A stretch of 64,000 nucleotides of DNA from Octopus bimaculoides (GCF_001194135.2 NC_068990.1:60994950-61058949), one strand, 5' to 3'; positions 24,193-38,545 are shown, counted from the stretch's first letter. Notes: generated by a model not told the origin, from the sequence alone. Numbers and translations: made by a program.

Positions 24193-24830
24193 TTCTAAGC
24201 AACAACCTGGAACAGTTCTTATTGTGGGATTTGGTCTTAGAAAACAACTTTTCCCTATGAACTCTACACCTTTAAAATAGAACATACTTCAAACTATGTC
24301 AACATGATGTACTCAGCAAAATTTCACTTCTTTAAAGACAGACATCACTTCAGTCATTCAGAACTAGCTAAGAACTTTTGCTCTTATGAATATATTCAAA
24401 CAACAAAAATCAAAATAATGGTGTGGATATCATTTATAACATGCTTGTGTACACTCAAACATGGAATGGTACATAATGTAGAATTTCATCACAGAACACC
24501 AGAGCCTGACTGTCATTTGATCCAGATTGTGTTTTTTTCACAAAGTTTCTCAGAAGTTGTTCTTTGAGAATAAATATCACCGTAAGTACCATTGTACCTT
24601 TGTGTGTAACACAAACATGTTATAAATTATATACATATCATTATTTTATATCTCTGCTGTTTCAAGTGTGTATACTGATTAAAAATGAGAAATGCAGTCA
24701 TTCCATTAAATTAAATCAGTTTTTAGTTTAATTTTGAGACTCAGATACTTTTACACTGTCTAAGATATATGTTAGCAACAGAAGCAGTATTAATACTGAG
24801 AGGTAATATTTATCCTCACTTAATTGTGGA

Positions 24831-25013
24831 TGTTAGAATAAACTATATTGCAGAAGTTACCATGAGAGAAACTCTCCTATTGGTTTTTCGGTGCAGAATG
24901 CACTCTATGAAAAGCACAATGCAAAATGCACTTCTTTCAGTTCATTTTGCACCCAAAAAAGCAATATGAGAGTTTCTCTCATGATAACTACTGCAGTATA
25001 GCTTGTTCTAATA
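24831..25013. mobile_element. Fold-back MITE-like hairpin, same terminal motif as 17602-17738
   Basis: Arms of about 70 bp: tatattgcagaagttaccatgagagaaactctcctattgg... vs ...gcaatatgagagtttctctcatgataactactgcagtata. Confidence 0.7.
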
Positions 25014-25064
25014 GAACAGTCACGATTGAGTGGGGATAGACGTTACCTGTCTAAGATACTTTTA

Positions 25065-25615
25065 CTCACTATATCCAATTCAATTTCATTTACATTAATT
25101 AACCTACAAGGTGAATTATGAATAAAATTTTGATTATAGTGCTTAAAATAAAGATTTCATAAAGCTAAACATTCAACTCTTAACTTTTTCTAAATTGATA
25201 GCCATTTGCTTATCTTCTAGATTAATAGAATTAAATATACTATCGTTTTAAGTATCGGTAGTCTCTGATATTTTCCTATGAAATTCTGATTTTGTCCAAG
25301 AAGACAAAAATGTTTCTGGAATGTTGGAAGGTTTTTGAATTGTTCTTTAAAGACTTGCTGAAATCATTTAATCATACTTTTGTATCTCAGTATCCTAATT
25401 AAGTAGAAAAGTTCCGCTTCAAAACGTTCCAATAGCATCTTTTTCTGGTGGACATTTCTGGGTCGTAAAACTGAACTTGTTGATGAGAGTAGGCAAATCA
25501 TGATCATATTTAATGAAGAAGACTTTCCACTACATTCTCTTTACAAATTTATCAATCTTTTGGATTAGCCTTTCAATATACTGTTTCCTTGAATGAATGG
25601 CTATATTCTTTATTG
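25065..25615 (-). mobile_element. PLE ORF N-terminal fragment, decayed
   Basis: SIKNIAIHSRKQYIERLIQKIDKFVKRM*WKVFF...KFSFTTQKCPP...FEAELFYLI..., matching the PLE start SMKNIPIPS---Y-----K---F--R-RW--FF...PP...FE-DL pattern. Confidence 0.8.
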
Positions 25616-25984
25616 AGAAGTTCAACTGATGTTGATTTATAATTCAGCTAATGATTCAGTGTCTAAAGATTATATCAAGTTGATTGAAAATCATTTTGAA
25701 TAAAGATATAATCACAACACATACACTAGTCATATAATCACTATATATACACTAAAATGGTTTCTGACAACAATTTCATCAAAACATTTCTGGTTTCTAA
25801 AAACAATAATAATTACTTGGAGGATATTACAACAAGCCAAGCCTTACATAAAGGGTAGTGACGATTTGTGGCTTTCAGATTTCTGAAAAAAAAAAAAAAA
25901 AAAAAAGAAATTTCACAGTTAGCTACATACAAATTTCTTATTAGGAACCACAACTAAAAATTTTTATTAATTCTTCAAAATCCC

Positions 25985-26205
25985 AAGGTGGTGCACTGGC
26001 AGAATTGTTATCATGCCAGGCAAAATGCTTAGCAGTCTTTTATCTGTCTTTACATTCTGAGTTCAAATTCTGCTGAGGTTAACTTTGCACTTCATCCTTT
26101 CAGAGTCAATAAAATAAGTTCCTGTGAAGCATTGAGATCAGTGTAATCATCTTAAACCTCCCCCAAAACTTGCTGGCCTTGTGCCAAAATTTGAAACCAA
26201 TATTT
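25985..26205 (+). mobile_element. SINE family B
   Basis: aaggtggtgcactggcagaat...ttctgagttcaaattctgctgagg...gtgccaaaatttgaaacc. Confidence 0.8.
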
Positions 26206-27079
26206 CAAAATGGCTAAATACTAGACATCATTCTACCAAACTGTTAAATATTTGAAAGAAATAAGAGGGTTTCTTTTGATTTACATGTGTTGCATATTTC
26301 ATGGCTATCTAACTTATACATAAATATGATATCAGCTTCTTATTTTTTAGTATTATTCGAGAAACACTAATGTGAAATAAGAGTTGAAATTTGTGATGTT
26401 ACATTCTGAGACACTATTTTCGTTATCACCACGGAAAATATGAAAGGTGAAACTGACTTCAGCAGGATTTGAAGTCTAAAACATTAGAGAAATACCATTG
26501 TATAGAAGGAATACTTCAATGACTCTGCCAATTGAGTATACATACATACATACATACATGCTTGCATATATGCATACATGCAGGCATACATACATACATA
26601 CATACATACATGCATACATAATATAGACATTTATAACTCACACTTTTTCTTTTAAAATACAATTATGGCTGTAATGTTTGTGTGTGTGTTTTTTTAAACA
26701 TATTGTGGAAATTCTATTTAAATATTTCCCAAGCAGGCCAGCAGTTGATAAAATTAATCACTCCAAACTGATTGTAGTTAAATATATATTCTTACTATAA
26801 ATCCAATTATCTGCTTTGTATGATTTTCATAAATGCGGTACAAATGATTTACCATCTGAAAGTTTTTGAATATCTTCTGAAAGACATGACTTTGTGGAGA
26901 AAATACATGGAAATGGGTTAACTACACCTTTTATAATTGAATGATTTATTTTAAGGATGAGTTACAGTGTTAAAATCACTTTCTCTGAGAATTTCACATA
27001 GATATTCATTAAGAATTTTACACAGATCATTTATAAAGCTCTGCAATCAGTTTTCATATAGAAAATTACATAAATAGGT

Positions 27080-27292
27080 GCAGGTGTGGGTGTGTGGTAA
27101 GACGTTTGCTTCCCAACTACATGATTCTGGGTTCAGTCCTACTATGTGGACTTTGAGCAAGTGTCGTCTACTATAGCCTTGGGCTGACCAAAGTGGATTT
27201 GGTGACTGGAAACTGAAAGAAGCCCATTGTGTGTATGTGTACATACATACATACATACATACATACATACATACATACATACATTCATACAT

Positions 27293-27334
<42 letters not shown>

Positions 27335-27775
27335 TTATATATATATATACATATATATNNNNNNNNNNNNNNNNNNNNNNNNNNNNNNNNNNNNNNNNNN
27401 NNNNNNNNNNNNNNNNNNNNNNNNNNNNNNNNNNNNNNNNNNNNNNNNNNNNNNNNNNNNNNNNNNNNNNNNNNNNNNNNNNNNNNNNNNNNNNNNNNNN
27501 NNNNNTATATATATATATATATATATATGTATGAATATATATGTATATCCATATATATTTATATATAGCTATGTGTGTGTCTTCATGTCTGTTTTTGTAC
27601 CTCACCACTGCTTGACAACAAGCGTTGGTTTGTTTATGTCGCCATAACTTAGCAGTTCAGTAAAAGAGACCAACAGAATAAGTACCAGGCTTAAAAAGAA
27701 AAAAGAAAACAGTACTAAAATTTCTTCAAGGTGGTACCCTAGAATGGCTGCAGTCTAATGACTGAAACAAGTGAC
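27080..27775 (+). mobile_element. SINE family A with expanded internal microsatellite containing gap 27359-27505
   Basis: tRNA-like head at 27080, (TACA)n(CA)n(TA)n centre, 3' half ...cttgacaac...gactgaaacaagt. Confidence 0.85.
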
Positions 27776-28845
27776 AGACAAATGATAAATGCTAACAGAT
27801 ACAAATGTCACAACAACAACAACAACAAAAGGATAACAAATCGAATTCCAATCATCTGCTGAGTTTCACTAATATAGTATAGGGACTGTATTTTTTTACT
27901 GTACATTAATGAAAAATGACAGGTTTTATATTGATTGATTCCTCTTGTCAATGAAGGTTTATAATCCATCACCTTACTTCATTCAATAATCGCATAAAAA
28001 AAAAAAATTAGAGATTGTATGGGTGTCTGTGATCATTTAATACATACCTCACAGTATCTATTCCCAATTATCAGACATCTCATCAGCTCACAAATTCATC
28101 ATTGCTGAAAGACTCTCACGTTTGAAACTTAGCTGTTTCTCTCTTTCACTGAAGGAAATACTATATTATAAATTGCTGAAAACTAGCAGGGAAATAAAAT
28201 AGATGATTAGGTAAAGTCAAGTATTTTCAGATGCAGACAAGTCATTTAAAGTTGATAGCCTTTCAGCTACAGGAACACTTTTAATATGGCAAAACAGCTG
28301 ATAATTCTCAGATCAGTTGTATGCATTGCACAATGGTTGAAAACGTCATGTTACAGTTTAGACATACGTAGTTGGTCAAGCATAAATTTGCAGATAGAAT
28401 ATTAATTTGATACTCCCAGCTGTTAACTCATCTCCAATTGGTTTACCTCTACTGATTTGCTGATTGTACAGAAATATAATGTCTAATATTCTATTCAATC
28501 TAAGTGATCACATCTATGCAGGAAACGTGAATAATAAGAAGGAAAGACATAGTAAAAGAAAGATATAGTAAACTACAAAAACATATAAACTTAAAAGGAA
28601 TTTTTATTATTAAGCTGCTGTATCTAAGGGTAAAAAAATGGCTTGTAGAAAACACATTTCAGAACTGACTGTACCAGCATATGAGCCATTTCAAATGCCT
28701 TCACAAAGAAAACATTATCTCCCTCTCAAAGTTATTTTTCAAAAGAAAGATAGGGGTGAGTTTACCCAGATGGTGTAATCTATCTTAGGCAAAGCCACCC
28801 TGAATAATATCTAAAAACTTTGCAATTTATGTTTGACTGAGAAGT

Positions 28846-29231
28846 TGTTGCTGGCACTCCGTCGCTTATGACGTCGAGTGTTCCAGTTGATCCGATCAAC
28901 AGAACAGCTTGCTCTTGAAATTAACGTGCAAGTGGCTGAGCACTCCACAGACACGTGTACCCTTAACGTAGTTCTCGGGGATATTCAGCATGACACAGTG
29001 TGACAAGGCTGACCCTTTGAATTACAGGCACAACAGAAACAGGAAGTAAGAGTGAGAGAAAGTTGTGGTGGAAGAGTACAGCAGGGTTCGCCACCCATCC
29101 CCTGCCAGAGCCTCGTGGAGCTTTAGGTGTTTTCACTCAATAAACACTCACAACGCCCAGTCTGGGAATCGAAACCGTGATCCTACGACCGCGAGTCTGC
29201 TGCCCTAACCACTGGGCCATTGCGCCTCCAC
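28846..29231 (-). mobile_element. Full-length SINE family D with 11-bp TSD
   Basis: TSD gactgagaagt at 28835-28845 and 29232-29242; reverse complement of the 9982-10368 copy. Confidence 0.92.
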
Positions 29232-29819
29232 GACTGAGAAGTATGATACTATGAATCACCACATCACACCTGAAAGAGCTAATGTTTACTTGCAAGCTAA
29301 GTTTTTGCTCTTTCAGGGAGCCAAAACATCAGAGTATGGAAGAAACTATTTTTAATAGAGGTATTGAATATTTCTGGTTTAATTGCAAATTTTGGATTCT
29401 TATGAAGTATTGATTTTATTTTTGCAATTGATCATTTTCTTCCTTTAATTAAAAAAAAGGGTATATTTTGAACTTTCAATTTGCACAAGCATCTTGATAT
29501 TCACTGCATTGAATATTTCTTAGAGACAAATCCTTAATTTGGTTGGTTATGCACTCTAAACCGATATATTCCTTTTGATCCTTTTTGGCCAATATGATCC
29601 TTATGGCATTATGGGAATATGATACAGTAAATGATACATATTTGCATTCACCATTGATTTCTTTCTCTTCTTGAATCTTTTGGTTTTGCTCTGTTCGATC
29701 ATTTGAAGGGTCAATTCGTTCAACTAAAAATTCTTCAAGGCAGTGCCACAGCATGGCTGCAGTCTAATGACTGAAACAAGTAAAATATAAAAGATAAAAT
29801 ACATATTTTTTAATCTATT

Positions 29820-30046
29820 TTCATTACCTATTTCAGTTGTTAGTCAATGCAGTGCCCCAGCATGGGCTGGGGCACTGCATTGATGAATTTTTAGTTGAAT
29901 GAATTGACCCCAGTACTTAATCGTTTTACTAAGCCTGGTACTTATTAAAGGGGTCTTTTTTGCTGAACTGCTAAGTTACAGGGATGTGAACACCACAACA
30001 CCAATTGTCACGCAGTCATGGGAGACAAACAGATATAAAGGCACGT

Positions 30047-30079
<33 letters not shown>

Positions 30080-30255
30080 CACAGACATATATATGTGATG
30101 AGCTTCTTCCAGTTTCCATCAACCAAATCCATTCACAAAGCTTCGGTAAGCCAGAGCTTATAGTAGAAGACACTTGTCTAAAGTGCCATGCAGTAGGACT
30201 GAATCCAGAGCCACAATGTTAGGAAGCATATTTCTTGCCACATGGCCACTACACA
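29820..30255 (-). mobile_element. SINE family A, near full length
   Basis: 3' half (ccccagtactt...ctgctaagttac...ccaattgtca), (CA)n centre, then head ...cttgccacatggccac. Confidence 0.8.
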
Positions 30256-30309
30256 CACAGACACACACACACACATACACGTGTATACATGCACCTTCGT
30301 TTTAGGATC

Positions 30310-30535
30310 ACCACTACTTTTTATCTCCCCTTCTTCATAGCTCTCCTGTGTGACCTCTCTGTCTAGCATTCGCCATGATAGATCGCTAGCCACTACACAT
30401 TCTTTATTTTCTCTCCTTGTTTCTTTCTGTGTTCCTTTCTGTGGAAGAGCATAGGCTCAAAATGTTAAAGACTTTTTCACTTCCTGAGCGTTAAACTAAT
30501 ACATCTGTTTGTTGTCTACAACACCTGTCTTTGTC
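30310..30535 (+). mobile_element. PLE pLTR-like repeat with degenerate minimal hammerhead core
   Basis: ctttCTGTGGAagagcataggctcAAAAtGTTaaag at 30435-30470; same family as 15100-15245. Confidence 0.5.
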
Positions 30536-30744
30536 TTTTTTTTTTTTTTTTTTTTNNNNNNNNNNNNNNNNNNNNNNNNNNNNNNNNNNNNNNNNNNNNN
30601 NNNNNNNNNNNNNNNTTTTTGTGAATTCTCCCTATATATATGTATAAATACAAATTCTCCCTATATATATGTATAAATACATACATTTGAAATGGCCAGC
30701 TCTGCCTCAGAGAGAAACTACATATACTGCAGCAGCCTGCAATG

Positions 30745-30960
30745 TCCATCATCATCATCATCATCATCATTATCATTATCATTATTATTTAACGTCTATA
30801 CTCTATGCTGGCATATGTCAAACAGTTTCACAGATGTTGGCCAGCCGGTGAGCTGTTCAAACTCCAATCAATTGTCTGTTGTAGTACAGTTTCTGTGGCT
30901 AGATGCCCTTCCTAATGCCAACCTCTTTACAGACTATGCTGGATGCTTTTTACATACTAC
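30745..30960 (-). mobile_element. SINE family C
   Basis: (cat)n...tttaacgtcta...gatgcccttcctaatgccaacc...gctggatgctttt. Confidence 0.7.
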
Positions 30961-31469
30961 TAGCAAGGGAGAATGCATGCAGCATCAGCACAAGTGAAAT
31001 TTCCATAGCACCAGCCTTTAAGGAAATTGTTATATTCCATCGTTGCCACTAATGATATACTCACTCAGGCCATTGAGTATTTGTATTCAAAGAAAATCAC
31101 CTTTATCCTGACTGGTTCAGGTGCAACTGCAAAACGAAAAAATCCCTGTTTGCTATACAAAACGTCTCTATTTGATGTCACTGAATCGTTAAACCCTACA
31201 GATTGCCAACTGCCTGATACCAATAGACTATCTTTTCTATCACATAGAATCATAGCACTGCTGCTTTATCATATTATACATGTGAACTCAATGGGTCAAT
31301 AGAAGCCTAAATATTCTTATCGAGAAGCCATCTTTAAACTCTCTTTAGTAAGACTCCATATATCTGAAGATGTAAGCACATCTTTACACCATGTGGTTAC
31401 GAAGCATGTTTCTTACCATACAGCCACTACATACATACATACATACATATAGAGAGAAATGTGTGTGTG

Positions 31470-31513
<44 letters not shown>

Positions 31514-32179
31514 TTGAGGGTGTATGGCTTACTGATTTGGGAGTTGCATTCATGATAGTGAGATTATGATATTAGTTCCTGGACCAGGTGGTCTTGAATA
31601 AAACACTTCATTTCACATTGTTCTCTGATCATGTGCACCTGTTCAGGCAATGTGGATTTGATGGAGACAATGAGCTAATGTGCAGCACATTCTTTTGATC
31701 ATTATAAACAAATTGTTTGTGCAGGTTGTTCAGTAAGAAATTGCAGGACTGTCTTTCTTAGACTACAAGAGACAACCATTATATCATATGTGTGTGAGCA
31801 TCACTCATTAATTTATTTTACTATTTTTACCTTTACTAGCATTAGATAAATGAATACATAGCATAGAGGAATTATTTTCCAGTGTAACATCCTTCCCATC
31901 ACTGAACCTTATGTGATTTTCAAATAAGGATATTTTATTCCACTCAACTTTGAAAGTATAGAGCTTGAAGGCAATTTCTTTTTAACAGGGTATCTCAACA
32001 AACATTACTATTTTCAGCTCAAAGCTTTCATACAAAGACGCAGAATATACATGTAAGTTTTATTTTATGTGCATATTCGTATGGATGTATATGTGTGTGT
32101 ATGTAGAAGTAATATTATTTATTTTTGAGGTTTCCAAAATATTTCTGCCTCATGGCATCATCTGCGAATATTCAAATTG

Positions 32180-32410
<231 letters not shown>

Positions 32411-34304
32411 ACTTCTCTTTATACTTTCATATCGTACTGTATCTCGAATGGAAAATGACATTAAATCAAACTCATAGAGTGATTCTCTACAGGAGACACA
32501 CATCCTGCTATGACAGCATGAAACCTCAAATATTTATAGGTGGTCCTGACAGTCACAACAGCAGTGTCACTAATGATGACAACACTGATGATGACAATGA
32601 TGATGATGATTTTTAATATATTCTTCAATCCACTTTTCAATTGCTTCACTTGTAAGTTACTAAAGAGATCCTAATTTCTGTAGGTGACAGAATCTTTCTT
32701 TTGATAGAGTCTGTAGCATCTTGAATAAAGGCACAGCAACATGTGTAATGGAGGAACTTTGAATTAAATAGTCTGTCTACCAGAACAATTCAAACTTACA
32801 TTCAGTTTATAATTATTTAAACAATTTTCTTTCATTAAATACTTTAATTCATTTTTTTTTTCTTTTTCTTTGCATTGAATGTTTTATATTTCATTTTATT
32901 GTAGCTTAATAGTTACCGTAAAATTAAAATTATTCTGATGTGACATTGCTATTACTTACAATACAGTAAAAAAAGAAATCCAAAATCCCCCCCCACCAAA
33001 AAAAAAAAACAATAAAAAACAAACAAACACAAAACAAATTTAAGATTAGAATAACCAAAATCTTTATTGAAAATTCTTAAAATTTATTCATGTCTACAGA
33101 CATAGAATGTGGTATGATATTATTGTTGAATTCAATTTAAAGTCATTTTAAACTATGTTCTAGTAGCAGAGGTCTAAGTAAAGACAGACTGTTACAATGA
33201 GAAGAACTAATGTTGAATATCAGAGGTCTGACTGTAAAGATGAACTGTGAAGAAGCATACTATAAACATTATAGACTAAAAAATAAAATAGTCACAGTTG
33301 AAAAAGCAATTACACTTGGATGCTGGAAGTGATGAAATTAGCTTAGAGAGTGAAAACACCCACAGGGAAAAAATAAATCCAAATTTGAAATTATTTTGCA
33401 AATGGTGATTACTTTTAAGTAGAAATAGAAATTGTAGCTTAGTCTAATGTTTTCCATTTTCGTTTTTTGTTTTTGTTCTTTTTTTAAATTTTTTTTCTAT
33501 CATTATTATTTTATTCTGAATAAGTTAATTTTCTTTCTCTTGTCAGTTGCAAGTGCGATGGAGCAATCAGAAATGCGTAGTTGATATTACTAAAGACTGT
33601 ATGATATCACAAATAGAAACCGTTTAATAAACATGTGACCAATCACAGCCAGAAAATTGCCAACTTTCTAATGAAAAGCAAATTAAAATTACCTATACGG
33701 GAAAAGGAGTCTGGATAAATTTATATGATTTATTAATGTTTTAGTTTAATGGAAAGCTTAATAGTTTTGCAGTGTATTAAGGTGGTGTATTGTGATAAAA
33801 ATGGGAATATTTCCTGACAGTAAACTTGATATGCTTATTGCTGGAGTTGAACCAAATTATTGCTGAGACATATCAGTTTGAGATTGATGATAAAGGAAAA
33901 AAGAAAAAGGTAAGGAAGAGGGAAAAACAAAACAGAACATGGTTGATAAATTATTTGCCATCAAAATGTTATTTACCAGTAAATAACTCATGTAAACAGC
34001 TAATAGAGCTTATATTTCAATCCACGAAGTATTATAGGACCAAACAAATTATACAAAAGCATAGTGAAAACATTTAAGAGCATAAGATCTAATCTATTGG
34101 CTATTAAATGGAGAAATGGGTTTAAATCTGTTGATAAGTGGCATAAAATTGGAGAAAAACCTACTTCTAAACAAAACAATTGCCTTTAAGTTACCAGGAA
34201 GATGTGGAGTAGAGATGATTAAATTTGAATTCAAATATTGAAGAAAACACTTTTTGAAACATTGAGATTGTAGAATTATAGCTAGATTGATAGAAACTTT
34301 GGTT

Positions 34305-34362
34305 TAAAATAATAATAATAATAATAACAACAACAACAACAACAATAATGATGATGATGATG

Positions 34363-34395
<33 letters not shown>

Positions 34396-34410
34396 GTGAT
34401 GATAATAATA
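34305..34410. repeat. (AAT)n(AAC)n(GAT)n trinucleotide tract
   Basis: Direct reading. Confidence 0.9.
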
Positions 34411-35194
34411 GGTATACAGTGAAACATTGAAAGTAAACAATAAAACTGAATAAAATACTAAAATAAGGTTTAAGATGAAACTGGAATTTGCTAATGGAAA
34501 GTTTTTCAGAAAATAAAGAATAAGACAAGCAGTAAGCTATTGATTTCATTCTGCTTTGGAACTGACTTCTTAACAGGAAATCCTTCAGCAAATGACCTTG
34601 CAGTTTAGTAAGCAGCTTTTCAATATAAGTTTCCAGTCTTGAACTTAGATTTCTTCAGGTGTTAATGGCCCTGTTTTAGGGAGGGGAACATCAGTTGAAG
34701 TCTGAAGCTTATTGAGTTGATTGTTCCAATTTCAGCAGTCAATTTTGAATGTTCTGGATGCATGTAGAAGAAAAAAAAAAAAGATCACCATGATAATGGC
34801 GAAGATATTAATGATCACAACAACAATGATGACGATGATCATGATGATGATGGCGATGATGGTGATGATGATGGTTATAGCTGATGTAAGCTGGGGGAAT
34901 ACAAATTGCTGTACCGTGTTAGTAGAGGATATACATCTGGGTACATTGAGGAAACTGAAGTGAGCTACTTCAGTTCACAAGTACTTTATTTTATCGATTC
35001 CAGAAGGATCGAAGGAAAAGTTAACCTTGGCAGGATTTGAACTCAGAGCATCAATAACTAAACACTAATGTCCTGACAGACAATTTCTAATATAGACACA
35101 GGGCCACAACAATGTGGGGGAGGAGTTTAGATGATTAAGTCAACCCCAGTATTATCTGGAATTTAATTTTATCAATATCCTAAAGATGAAAGAA

Positions 35195-35645
35195 GGCTTT
35201 GAGCTGGCAGAATCATTAGCATGCCTGGCAAAATGCTTAGTGGCATTTCATCTGTCTTTACGTTCTGAGTTCAAATTCTGCCAAGGTCAGTTTTACCTTT
35301 CAACCTTTGTGGATTGATAAAACAAGTACCAGATGAGCACTGAAGTTGACATAATTGACTTACTCCCTCCCCCAACATTGCTGGCTTTGTGCAAAAATTT
35401 TAAACCAATATCCCAAGGATGAAATAAAGTAGCAAGTTAGCAGTATCACTAGAATGCCAGGCAAAATGCTTAGCAGCATCTCATCCATCTTACATTCTGA
35501 GTTCATATTCTGCCAAGGTTGACTTTACCTTTTAACCTTTCGGGGTCAATAAAATAAGTACCAGTTGAGCACTGGGAGGCAATGTAATTGACTGACTCTC
35601 CTCCCCCTAAATTGCTGGCCTTGTGTGAAAATTTGAAGCCAATAT
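35195..35645 (+). mobile_element. Two head-to-tail SINE family B copies (about 35195-35410 and 35445-35645)
   Basis: Both carry aaaatgcttag...ttctgagttca...aaataagtaccag...ttgctggc...aaatttgaa. Confidence 0.8.
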
Positions 35646-35903
35646 CCTATGGGCAAAAGCCAAAATTGATCTCAGTGAAATTTGAACTCAGAATGTTGAG
35701 AGATGGATACTTACAGTGTAATTATACAATGATAAAACAAAATGTTAGATTCAAGATATAATCTTAGTGTTTTGAGAACAACAGTGTTAAAAGTGTTAAT
35801 GTCTTTTGCAAGAGGGTGGCATGTTTGTGTTCATCGTGATCCTCCTCCTCCTCCTCCTCTTGCTTTAATGTCCATTTTTCCATACTTAAATTCTTCATGC
35901 AGA

Positions 35904-35982
<79 letters not shown>

Positions 35983-36119
35983 AACACACACACACACACA
36001 TATATATATATAATGTAGATAGGGTTAAAATCCAAGTTGTTTCCTTTTGTGTGTGCGTGCATATGCATAGCTGTGTATGTATGTACACATTTTTATTATT
36101 TCTTTCTTCTTTTTTTTCT

Positions 36120-36329
36120 TTTTATTTGTTTCAGTCATTTGACTGTGGCCATGCTGGAGCACCACCTTTAGTCGAACAAATCGATCCCAGGACTTATTCT
36201 TTGTAAGTCTAGTACTTATTCTATCAGTCTTTTGCTGAACTGCTAAGTTACAGGATGTAAATACACCAACATTGGTTGTCAAGTGATGGTGGGGGGACAA
36301 ACACAGATACAGAAACATATATATATGTA

Positions 36330-36366
<37 letters not shown>
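36120..36366 (-). mobile_element. SINE family A, 3' half running into gap 36367-36977
   Basis: tttcagtcatttgactgtggccatgctggagcaccaccttt...ggttgtcaagtgatgg...(TA)n. Confidence 0.85.
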
Positions 36367-36977
36367 NNNNNNNNNNNNNNNNNNNNNNNNNNNNNNNNNN
36401 NNNNNNNNNNNNNNNNNNNNNNNNNNNNNNNNNNNNNNNNNNNNNNNNNNNNNNNNNNNNNNNNNNNNNNNNNNNNNNNNNNNNNNNNNNNNNNNNNNNN
36501 NNNNNNNNNNNNNNNNNNNNNNNNNNNNNNNNNNNNNNNNNNNNNNNNNNNNNNNNNNNNNNNNNNNNNNNNNNNNNNNNNNNNNNNNNNNNNNNNNNNN
36601 NNNNNNNNNNNNNNNNNNNNNNNNNNNNNNNNNNNNNNNNNNNNNNNNNNNNNNNNNNNNNNNNNNNNNNNNNNNNNNNNNNNNNNNNNNNNNNNNNNNN
36701 NNNNNNNNNNNNNNNNNNNNNNNNNNNNNNNNNNNNNNNNNNNNNNNNNNNNNNNNNNNNNNNNNNNNNNNNNNNNNNNNNNNNNNNNNNNNNNNNNNNN
36801 NNNNNNNNNNNNNNNNNNNNNNNNNNNNNNNNNNNNNNNNNNNNNNNNNNNNNNNNNNNNNNNNNNNNNNNNNNNNNNNNNNNNNNNNNNNNNNNNNNNN
36901 NNNNNNNNNNNNNNNNNNNNNNNNNNNNNNNNNNNNNNNNNNNNNNNNNNNNNNNNNNNNNNNNNNNNNNNNNNNNN

Positions 36978-37008
<31 letters not shown>

Positions 37009-37084
37009 TCTTGCAGACCCTTGAATACATGCTCATCCCCTGCAACCCTCTCCACCTGAGCATCCCTAATCTTGCAGGCTCATA

Positions 37085-37310
37085 GTCACTGGTACCACAT
37101 AAAAAGTACCTGTGCTGTTGCTGTGTAAAAGCACCCAGTACACTCCGTAAAATTTTTGGCATTAGGAAGGGCATCCGACCATAGAAATCAAACCAAATCA
37201 GACTTGGAACCTGAGCAGCCCTTCAGCTGGTCAGCTCCTGCCAAACCATCCAATCCATGCCAGCATGAAAAACAGATGTAAAATGCTGCTGCTGCTGCTG
37301 CTGCTGCTGC
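37085..37310 (+). mobile_element. SINE family C with (GCT)n-converted tail
   Basis: taaaagcacccagtacactcc...ggcattaggaagggcatcc...catgccagcatgaaaaacagatgtaaaa(tgc)n. Confidence 0.8.
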
Positions 37311-37353
37311 TGATNNNNNNNNNNNNNNNNNNNNNNNNNNNNNNNNNNNNNNN

Positions 37354-37390
<37 letters not shown>

Positions 37391-37618
37391 CATACATGCA
37401 TACATACATACATACATACATACATACCTATAAAACACATCTGTCCGATGGGACCCTGATGATTGCTAGAAAGCAGGAAAGTATACTAGTCCTTATATAT
37501 TTAATACTAAATATTTCATTTATTGAATAAGATATATTATATATTCCATATTCTATATCCTACATTAATTTTATAAGAATATAAATAAAACATAAAACAC
37601 AGAGTTGGAACTCGTTGA

Positions 37619-37662
<44 letters not shown>

Positions 37663-38277
37663 ATCAAAGATGATGTATGAGTGTTCAGTTTTTCTTTGTT
37701 GAATGACCTGCACAAATGATTTGCTTATGGTGATCAAACGTATATACCATATTTTAGCTCATTCCCTCCACCAAATCGATGTTCCCTGAATAGCTTCACA
37801 GTGTGCCACACATCAAGTGTCGAAGTGATTGCAAAGCAACATGAGATGAGGTGTTTTACTGATGAACACAATGCTCTACATGGTCTAGGAATTGAAATCA
37901 TGATCCCTAACCACTAGGACATGTGTTCTTCGCACACACACACACTGTAAATATAATTATAAGTCTCCATGCATATTGACTATTCAAAATAGTCTTATAT
38001 TAGAAAATATAAATGCTCGATAGAAAAAAAAAATGGGCATTTGTATGCGTGGAAATTGAACCCACACTTCTTGTTTTTGTGATATGTGTGCTGACTGATT
38101 GCATTTATAATTGTATTTAGAAAATTTTCGCTCATCACTGTTTCTTAACCAATATAAAATAGGCACGCACACATGCACACATAAACACACATACACATGC
38201 ATGCATGCATANNNNNNNNNNAAATAGGCACGCACACATGCACACATAAACACACATACACATGCATGCATGCATAC

Positions 38278-38308
<31 letters not shown>

Positions 38309-38329
38309 AAAACACTTACTTATATACAC

Positions 38330-38545
38330 ATATAAATTTTTTTATTGCCCACAGGGGGCTGAACATAGAGGGGACAAACAAAGGAATTAAGTCGATTACA
38401 TCGACCCTAGTGTGTAACTGGTACTTATTTAATTGATCCTGAAAGAATGAAAGGCAAAGTCGACCTCGGCAGAATTTGAACTCAGAATGTAACGGCAGAC
38501 GAAATACCACCTGGCATGCTAACAATTCCGCCAGCTCACTGCCCT
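38330..38545 (-). mobile_element. SINE family B (young subtype with tttattgcccacaggggg tail)
   Basis: Reverse complement of the family B consensus seen at 19833 and 45583. Confidence 0.88.

Noticed and set aside
28050-28155. Minus-strand exon-like segment (ttccttcag...gag/gtatgt)
   Set aside because: Closed in all frames; unsupported.
31060-31130. Minus-strand segment with strong splice sites (ttttgcag...tga/gtgagt)
   Set aside because: Stops in all three frames; cannot be tied to a gene without transcripts.
33630-33650. CCAAT box (tgaccaatcacag) as promoter
   Set aside because: Single short motif with no supporting TSS, CpG or exon evidence.
38158-38275. Exact direct repeat of about 54 bp on both sides of a 10-N gap
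   Set aside because: Typical unmerged contig overlap; assembly artefact.
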